The position numbers and the translations under genes were made by a program. Below, piece by piece: positions 54,001 through 58,892 of a stretch of 58,892 nt of DNA. The notes under the pieces were generated by a model, which saw nothing but the letters and a program-made list of their open reading frames with translations, ran no database searches and was not told the DNA's origin. How positions within the stretch are numbered: the first letter of the stretch is position 1; every line of letters starts with the position of its first letter. The stretch is from a virus (taxonomy: Duplodnaviria > Caudoviricetes), in the IMG/VR virus record IMGVR_UViG_3300007516_000020, positions 1 through 58,892 of that record; one strand, 5' to 3'.

Positions 54001-54267
54001 TCGGATGATGCAGACGTGTTTGATAACAAGGGATACCAGCTCATGACCGTGATCCAGGGTGCCAATAACCTTTCACTCAACCAAAATGACGTGAAGGACT
54101 TTGTGTACGCTCCTGGCACTGACAATGTTGCTGACAACAAGGTGCAGTATGGTTCGTTCACAAGCTTCAAGTATTTCGCAATCAAGGTGGTCCTCACATC
54201 AACGGACCCAACCAAAGTACCACGAGTTAGAGATTTCCGAGTTGTAGCCCTGCCATCTCTTTCATAA
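48031..54267 (+). CDS. VrlC/DUF4815-like large virion structural protein
   Basis: PYYDDFD, LFRP..AVQARELTQ.Q, APGADR, YTMRDIG.LEKRI..LEYYTSL, DPLAQTF. Confidence 0.88.
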   Translation: MAIDLTQDPYYDDFDDTKNFHKILFRPSFAVQARELTQSQTILQDQIKKFGNNIFQNGSIVTGGLTTLESQGTKYVCVEATDPTGAVVDVANFIGKFIVDGDDQGIRAYVIAGAEATLTSPTVLIVKYTSGQVFNTSLTQPITTDGGAYSVAIIASLSTPVNFTDVVSGLKFGSASICSINEGVFFVSGYFVQVSPQTTILDAFSNTPTYRIGLEIEEILVDATMDASLLDPAQAATNFQAPGADRYQINLTLVKRSLTSEDDSKFIELLRVTDGVLTKKVVYPLYSNLEDTLARRTNDESGSYTVRAFKIATLDHPTHANAFNIVIEPGKAYVQGYEFETIAPTAIKTERARAAANVTNYNTTIDFQNWIEVTNMVGPIPFKTLQPAVLHCVGTANVALANAAAAANTSMGTLRVRALDYQSGANGTSISTAVWRAYAFDSNIGESITANCAAAGSANTIFLAPNFSSVANAYVGVKFTVVSHAGVSLSETHTIGRYDGPNNQVFLQGTETFAFGTPSTATRYRLDYEAKDIESIVYANTSVNQHLFSTSMDISTSSKEAFLIDRYEGTYFTDTSFNSSIIGLPYSPIADQTVVGGSPLTNTEYFGRKAFTGQSFTQNVTTITSAAGITSAVNGTLSGSDAVDNILVVVRNGTGTPISNNQVINFSSGNPGGNTVVVTTVSNTSTWTITVPDMNSASAADVYVKVKLPYAHALGNLLKSKTARIANVQSGLNSGGIQIADPTGLVQWFSQGSGTLGAQITIYSNSAAWLNLKDPSKAQSLYTSDVITLRKVIDVGSNFIEDGNVGIAADITSRYTLDTGQRDNSYDHASITLKPNSPGPSGNVVIYVDYLTHSGLGYLTVDSYASANIGYANIPTYTSATSGEVYSLADSIDFRPRRQDADYNGVYDELVFGISGLTFETDFSYYLPRIDKVILTRDRVFEVLTGIPSLAPVPPSDKENAMTLYTLTLPAYTASTKDIRQRYNDNRRYTMRDIGTLEKRITNLEYYTSLNLLEQSAKSLEITDDTGANRFKNGILVDPFRGHSIGDVLNPDHRCAMDRVNGEMRPPFLIKSLGLAVTETNSAHFARLGGFVTLPYTVVTFVDQSLASFAINVNPFNTVAFIGQLKLDPSSDTWVDKNQAPDVNVNIAGDSDAWEALAFQVNKVSANQTFGATTFGTMWDDWETDNFGVTQKRNIIRPRREGNSGAAALPRFRNILSRQTVTTTQSQSREGIRSEFGTEAVTESLGNRVIDVSVIPYMRSTGVLFVGKMFSPNTNLYAFFDETAVTNYCLRSSVVKLAGTTSVYSDEYQNPESVRVWDPAGNKNTAHAIVVTSRTQSDHTNVSIVRITGGDDGNVANAYFMHTTNSTFLIGETSGANSRISGYYHNFGFCENPNTSSILLQSDVRNSNVAFSNTFLVGKTIHFATSQGLGQSSVITSYNANTRNVAFSPALSIAPSTSTAYSIGQFKTDYRGEVSGVFVIPSTADVRFRTGERQFTLVDSFSGTLEGSATNGSVKYTASGMLQTSENTLLTTRQPVIQRTDLTDARTVVTSKVTDTVIGRQVVGWYDPLAQTFLVDQTFHPSGVMLTGIRLLVKTSDPNIPLAIQLRPVVNGFPHSSQVIPGSDIVLNASDINLCSEETLAAKYAAGLNPLDDATLYTQANFSGPVFLQQGAEYCVVLLANSVLYQVYVVRMGSTILGTSRISSDQPYLGVLFKSQNSTTWTPVQEEDLTFRLLRAEFDISAQANVEFQLLGSDITANVPMDTFFVSSGNLLLPNTSISALTATTTSTGFKEGNGSIELNENVYFDDTLGRRVATTTTSSFKLRLLLNSFDRKISPIVDLDRLSLIAIENLANNLELGNSSLVVVSSSNNWFNADGLTVTISGGGGSGANAYIANTQIDSNNRVLANVVVDATGSGYTSAPTVTITGNNSITANVQVVGENRSSGGPAFAKYITRKVTLADGLDAGDFRVYFAAYKPSTANIYVYYKILSSDDADVFDNKGYQLMTVIQGANNLSLNQNDVKDFVYAPGTDNVADNKVQYGSFTSFKYFAIKVVLTSTDPTKVPRVRDFRVVALPSLS

Positions 54268-54278
54268 TAAGGAACAAT

Positions 54279-54521
54279 ATGTCTACACTAAATACTGTCC
54301 AGATTGAAAACAATCCTGATTTGGTTCGTGATATGGATTCCAAAGCGGTATTGAGTATTGATGCAGCAGGGCTGAATCGTTACAAGGATCAACGTCGAAG
54401 AAGTCTCAGGCAAACCAAAGAGAGTCAAGAAACCAAGGCAAGGCTTGAGATGATGGAAATAGAAATGGCAAGCTTGAAGAAGATTGTGGGTGAATTGTCC
54501 AGCTTGAGGAGTCGCAGATAA
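54279..54521 (+). CDS. small coiled-coil protein
   Basis: LVRD..SKAV motif; follows VrlC-like gene. Confidence 0.75.
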   Translation: MSTLNTVQIENNPDLVRDMDSKAVLSIDAAGLNRYKDQRRRSLRQTKESQETKARLEMMEIEMASLKKIVGELSSLRSRR

Positions 54522-56834
54522 ATGTCTATCAACCAGATCAGTACAGCAAACACATTTGGTCAACTGATTACCGCCGTCGCGGCGATGATTGCGGTGTCAA
54601 ACAACTTGACCGATGGTCCACAAGTGACCTCCAATTCCGCATGGACGTTTACCAACCCAGGAGTAGGTGTCAACGTCTCTGGTGGATTGATCGCCACAAG
54701 GGCCACCATCGACACACTCAACACCTCTCATGCAAACGTCACCAATGAGACGGTGGTTCGGTCAAATGTCTCAACAGCGAACATCACCACCGCCAACATC
54801 GTTGGGGCGACCATCACGAACATCAACAGCACAGGTCATGCAACGGCCAATGTGAACGTGAGTGTGCTGCTTCAGGTTAGTGGTCGCGCAAATATCTTCT
54901 CAGCCAACATTGAATCCGCCAACGTCGGTACATTGATCATCACTTCATTGTCGGCTGCATCGTTGACTGTTCCTGTCCTCAATGCGTCCTTTGCCAATGT
55001 CACCACACTTTCCGTAACAGGTACCTCACAACACACGGCACTCGTTGCAGTCTTGACAACCACGGATAATGCAAACGTAAAAATACTGAATACTTCCTCA
55101 GCAAATATCTCAAACTTAACTGCGGCTACACTGAATGCGTCTTTTGCCAACATCACAACTATGACTGTTGGTACATTGAATTCAACCTCAGCGAACTTAT
55201 CACAAATCACAGTGCCTATCCTCAATGCGTCTTTTGCCAACATCACTTCATCGAATATCGTATCAACGAATGTGTCTACGGCTAACATTTCAAACTTGAC
55301 AGTCACCACATTGAATGTGTCTTTTGCGAATTTGACCACTGGCACAATGGCTTCAAACCCAACTACCAACCTAGGTATTTCTACAAAGAATTATGCCGAC
55401 ACTGGTGCGGGTGGAAATGTGGTATGGAAAAATACCTTCAGTGCCAAGGGTGATTTGCCTGTCGGAAGCGGCGTCAATACCTTTTCGATCATTAGTAGTT
55501 CTGGCAGTAATGGTCAGGTATTGTTGGTGGATACTCAAACCGCTTCTGGATTGCGTTATTCGAACCGGGCATCACAAACATTCCGCGGTTTAGTAATCGG
55601 CACCTCAGTGAAGGATAAGGTCGCTAATGGTACCCAATTGACCGTAACGGCTCTTGATGAGGTTGTTATGGATGATGGAGAAGTAGTTGGAGGATGGACT
55701 GTTCCCGCCACGATTGACATCAGCTCAAGTGGAAACGCTGCTTTACTCGATACTGGGGCTGCTATCGCCAATACTTGGTATGAAGTATATGCTATTCGTA
55801 AACGATCCGATGGAACTAAGAATTTCATTTTACATAGAGCATTAGATCGATTGGCCAACCAAAACACATTTACTACGTCGTATCCGCTTCAGACCTTCTT
55901 GGCCGCAGGCCTCGCGGCTAACAATACATCCAACTTGTATATTAGACTAGCACAGAGTTTTACACCGAATATTGCAGGTCCGTTGACCAGCATCGAAATT
56001 CGTGCATTCAGGACAAGTACACCGACTGGAAATATGTGGCTAACACTTGAAGCGAATACGGCGGGTGCACCAAGTGGTACAACCCTTGCAACAAGCAGAA
56101 GAATGGATGTAGCTAGGTTGCCACTTACAAATCCAGCGAATCTGCGATTTGTTTTTGACTCGACTGCCAACGTAGAGCTTTCAACATCATATTTTTGGAT
56201 TTTCAATTCAGATTATGCTGGTAGCGGCACTGCATTTGTCAACGTAGCCTTTTCCCTTGCCAATACCAATATCGGTGCAAACGGAGTCAATAGAGGATTA
56301 CCATACGGAAACACAGGCAGTACATGGGATCAATTGACCAGCGTAGGAACATTTATTTACAAAACATATGTGGAAGCAAACAGCACCCCACTAACTCTTC
56401 CCGCCGGATTCGATCAAAGATGTTTGATAAGTTATGCTGCAACAGATGTCAACACCAGACTTAAAGAGTATCATCAAAAAGATCGTACTATTACTGCATA
56501 CCCTACTGCACAGTGGGCGGTTCATACTTTACAAATAGCAAATCCAGAAGTCATAGACCTTGGCGTTTTTGCTACTATTCCTCCTGTGCCATGTGTGGTG
56601 TCATTCTTTGCAACCGGGACCAGTCTTAATACCTATGGAATCGGAAGATTACATGCACTCGATTTACCAAGTGCCGCGTCCACGTCTGATATACCTGGCG
56701 GAGCGGTTATTGGACAAATCAGTTTCAGTACCACCGCTTCGGCCAGTGCACCGGTATTGGTTGCGGCGCAAGCGGTACTTGTAAAATCTGGACTAGCAAA
56801 CTTCAAACTTTTTCCAGTATCGATCACGTTCTAA
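54522..56834 (+). CDS. tail-fibre-like protein, paralogue A (LNASFAN repeats)
   Basis: Asn/Thr-rich repeats, TKNYAD, AKGDL; C-terminal half similar to next gene. Confidence 0.7.
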   Translation: MSINQISTANTFGQLITAVAAMIAVSNNLTDGPQVTSNSAWTFTNPGVGVNVSGGLIATRATIDTLNTSHANVTNETVVRSNVSTANITTANIVGATITNINSTGHATANVNVSVLLQVSGRANIFSANIESANVGTLIITSLSAASLTVPVLNASFANVTTLSVTGTSQHTALVAVLTTTDNANVKILNTSSANISNLTAATLNASFANITTMTVGTLNSTSANLSQITVPILNASFANITSSNIVSTNVSTANISNLTVTTLNVSFANLTTGTMASNPTTNLGISTKNYADTGAGGNVVWKNTFSAKGDLPVGSGVNTFSIISSSGSNGQVLLVDTQTASGLRYSNRASQTFRGLVIGTSVKDKVANGTQLTVTALDEVVMDDGEVVGGWTVPATIDISSSGNAALLDTGAAIANTWYEVYAIRKRSDGTKNFILHRALDRLANQNTFTTSYPLQTFLAAGLAANNTSNLYIRLAQSFTPNIAGPLTSIEIRAFRTSTPTGNMWLTLEANTAGAPSGTTLATSRRMDVARLPLTNPANLRFVFDSTANVELSTSYFWIFNSDYAGSGTAFVNVAFSLANTNIGANGVNRGLPYGNTGSTWDQLTSVGTFIYKTYVEANSTPLTLPAGFDQRCLISYAATDVNTRLKEYHQKDRTITAYPTAQWAVHTLQIANPEVIDLGVFATIPPVPCVVSFFATGTSLNTYGIGRLHALDLPSAASTSDIPGGAVIGQISFSTTASASAPVLVAAQAVLVKSGLANFKLFPVSITF

Positions 56835-56842
56835 TAGTGACT

Positions 56843-56850
56843 CATAAATA
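56843..56850 (+). promoter_or_regulatory. late promoter
   Basis: CATAAATA. Confidence 0.7.
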
Positions 56851-56858
56851 CCTTCACT

Positions 56859-58769
56859 ATGGCATTTATATGGAACACCGACCCCAACATTCCTCCTCTC
56901 GTACCCTCACCGGTCATAGGACCAAATGAGGTTTCCACCCAGGTGCACGTTGTCGCCAATACCGTCAACGTGCATGGTCTTGTTGTGGGATCAGTCTCCT
57001 ATAATACCGCCAACAAGGGGTATGATGTTATCTACGAACTCCCCTCATTGAACATTCAGAACGTATACGCCCGCACTCTACTCGCCCGCAATGCTTCAAT
57101 CGGCAATGCTTTCATCAATGTGGCAACAATCAATACTGTTACCATCAATACAGCAAATATTACTAGCGCCACTATTTTTAGTGGTATCATGGGGGTTCAC
57201 CCTGTTCAAAATCTTCAAATCGCCACCAAGGAATATGTTGACACTCGTGTAGCAAATTCAATTCCTCTCGGTGGAAATCTTCAATTACTCATTAGATCAA
57301 CGGGGGATCTACTTGCGGGCGTAGCAGATAATACTGCGGCTCGATTCCCAATTTCACCAACACAACGATCAATTCTTGTTGCTGGCAATACTAGCAACGC
57401 TATAGGTATTCAATGGAAGCAACCTATTCCATCTGGATATGCTGGAACATTTCGAGCATTATCGATGGGCACTGACCTCGACAGATCATCTAGAAGGACT
57501 CAAGTTAAAATAGTCTCTGTTGCTGAAATTGTTATGAATGATGGGCAGCGTATATCTAGCGGGTGGAATGGGTTGACAGCAAGCACCACTGCAAACGGGG
57601 GACCTGGATTTTTAGACACAGGAGTGGTAACCCCGAACACATGGTATGAAGTGTATGCAATCCGCAACAGCACCACCAATACTAATGCATTACTATTGCA
57701 TCGTGCGGTGGATCGTCAACTAGATGTCATAACAAATAGTGGTGTTGACCCCCTTCCTTCATTTGAAAGAAGAGTGTTATTTACAGCCACCGGGTCTCAT
57801 CCGATAAATGTGGTCAATATTTCCCAAAGTTTTATTGCTACGAAGAGTGGACCTTTTGTCGCTGTCGATGTGTCATTGGTGCGAGTTGGGCAGCCAGTGG
57901 GTAATTGTTGGATCACACTTCAGAATAATGTAAATGGAAACGCTTCAGGCACTCCATTATCCACAAGTAGGAGGCTCGATCTAACTAGACTACCTATATC
58001 GAATATGACGTTTACCCTTTGTAGGTTTATATTTGATGCAAAGGCTAATGTAGTATCGGGGAATTCATATCATTGTGTGTATCATGTGGACCACACCCCT
58101 GCCGGTCTCGCCTCCCCGCATTACAGTATACTGAGAGGGTTTAGCAATCTAATCGCTGGCACATATACCAGTGGGGAAAGTAAAAACTTCAGCGCAAACA
58201 CCAACTCATGGGAGGTGTCAAATAGTGGGGCCGGCTATAATAGCCCAGTGGGTCCTGGGGATCTATATATAAAAACGTATGTTGAAGCAAACGACACTCC
58301 TTTATCATTACCTACTGGTTATGATCAACGCTGTTTGATCAGTTACACTTGCACAGATCAATTTTCACAATTGAAAATATATACACAACAGCAACGTAGG
58401 ATGGTTATGCCACTCCTGAATGAATGGAGAGAAACCAGCTTTGGTCGAGGTGAAAGAACAGGTGATAGATACCAGATAGCTGTACACTTACACCAAGTCG
58501 TTCCCCCTGTTGTGTGTATTGTGCAATTTTCGACGACGGGATGGAGTGTCATTGCGCTTCCAGGAGGAATAGGTCAAGTATCTTGCACTGATGTTGGGGG
58601 GAATGGCCCCAGTCTTGGACCACTCGTACATGAGACTGAGGGGGTGTCATATGCAAGCGCCGGCGTCCCCGGTATCACAACTTTTGTGCCCGTGTTGGTC
58701 GAAACTCAATCGGTGATTGTGCATTTGGGAGTTGCAGCAAATGTATATGTAACTTCAGTGGATTTCTAA
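56859..58769 (+). CDS. tail-fibre-like protein, paralogue B
   Basis: ATKEYVD, NTWYEVYAIR, KTYVEAN..P..LP.G.DQRCLISY shared with A. Confidence 0.7.
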   Translation: MAFIWNTDPNIPPLVPSPVIGPNEVSTQVHVVANTVNVHGLVVGSVSYNTANKGYDVIYELPSLNIQNVYARTLLARNASIGNAFINVATINTVTINTANITSATIFSGIMGVHPVQNLQIATKEYVDTRVANSIPLGGNLQLLIRSTGDLLAGVADNTAARFPISPTQRSILVAGNTSNAIGIQWKQPIPSGYAGTFRALSMGTDLDRSSRRTQVKIVSVAEIVMNDGQRISSGWNGLTASTTANGGPGFLDTGVVTPNTWYEVYAIRNSTTNTNALLLHRAVDRQLDVITNSGVDPLPSFERRVLFTATGSHPINVVNISQSFIATKSGPFVAVDVSLVRVGQPVGNCWITLQNNVNGNASGTPLSTSRRLDLTRLPISNMTFTLCRFIFDAKANVVSGNSYHCVYHVDHTPAGLASPHYSILRGFSNLIAGTYTSGESKNFSANTNSWEVSNSGAGYNSPVGPGDLYIKTYVEANDTPLSLPTGYDQRCLISYTCTDQFSQLKIYTQQQRRMVMPLLNEWRETSFGRGERTGDRYQIAVHLHQVVPPVVCIVQFSTTGWSVIALPGGIGQVSCTDVGGNGPSLGPLVHETEGVSYASAGVPGITTFVPVLVETQSVIVHLGVAANVYVTSVDF

Positions 58770-58770
58770 T

Positions 58771-58892
58771 ATGGCATTTATATGGCAAGATACCCCAAGC
58801 AGTCCTCCTGTACCACTGCCAGTTCCGGTGGGAGCAGATAAGATCACGTTCAAAGTGCATGAGGTCGCCAATACCGTCAATGCTGGCGGTCA
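58771..58892 (+). CDS. start of a third paralogue (MAFIWQDTP...), truncated by window end
   Basis: N-terminus similar to 56859 ORF (MAFIW...VH.VANTVN). Confidence 0.7.
   Translation, partial: MAFIWQDTPSSPPVPLPVPVGADKITFKVHEVANTVNAGG

Noticed and set aside
54522-58892. Diversity-generating retroelement acting on fibre genes
   Set aside because: No reverse transcriptase and no TR/VR pair with adenine-specific mismatches seen; the similarity is old paralogy.

Overview
A 58.9-kb segment of a large T4-like (Tevenvirinae-related or cyanophage-style) myovirus genome, with four blocks. (1) About 1-7000: small early accessory ORFs behind sigma70-type promoters, including a mosaic of duplicated paralogues, an exported beta-helix protein and an Rnl2-like RNA ligase. 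(2) About 7030-15780: a + strand RNA operon. By manual folding it holds 40 CCA-ended tRNAs covering all 20 amino acids, one aberrant tRNA, a tmRNA, a compact RNase P RNA and several unidentified structured RNAs, with an HNH nuclease and a metallophosphoesterase embedded. A uORF-plus-terminator leader that looks like a translation-sensing attenuator precedes it. (3) About 17.2-32 kb: RNA repair and replication genes (RlaP-like nucleotidyltransferase, DNA ligase, RtcB, RNase H, glycosyltransferase, ClpP, TusA, exonuclease, SleB hydrolase, dsbA, gp33, gp59, gp32). (4) About 32-58.9 kb: tail and baseplate module (tape-measure-like, gp51, gp26, gp54-like, gp2, gp4, gp48, gp53, gp27-like, gp5, PAAR, gp25, gp6, gp7, gp8, VrlC-like, fibre paralogues) with (C/T)ATAAATA late promoters. 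Main candidates for novelty: an attenuator-controlled tRNA replacement system with systematically co-varied tRNA elbows and its own RNase P RNA; an allo-tRNA-like UAU gene; and a probable -1 frameshift joining gp26 to gp51 upstream of the tape-measure-like gene. All calls come from motif recognition and hand folding; no database searches were run and the host cannot be determined.
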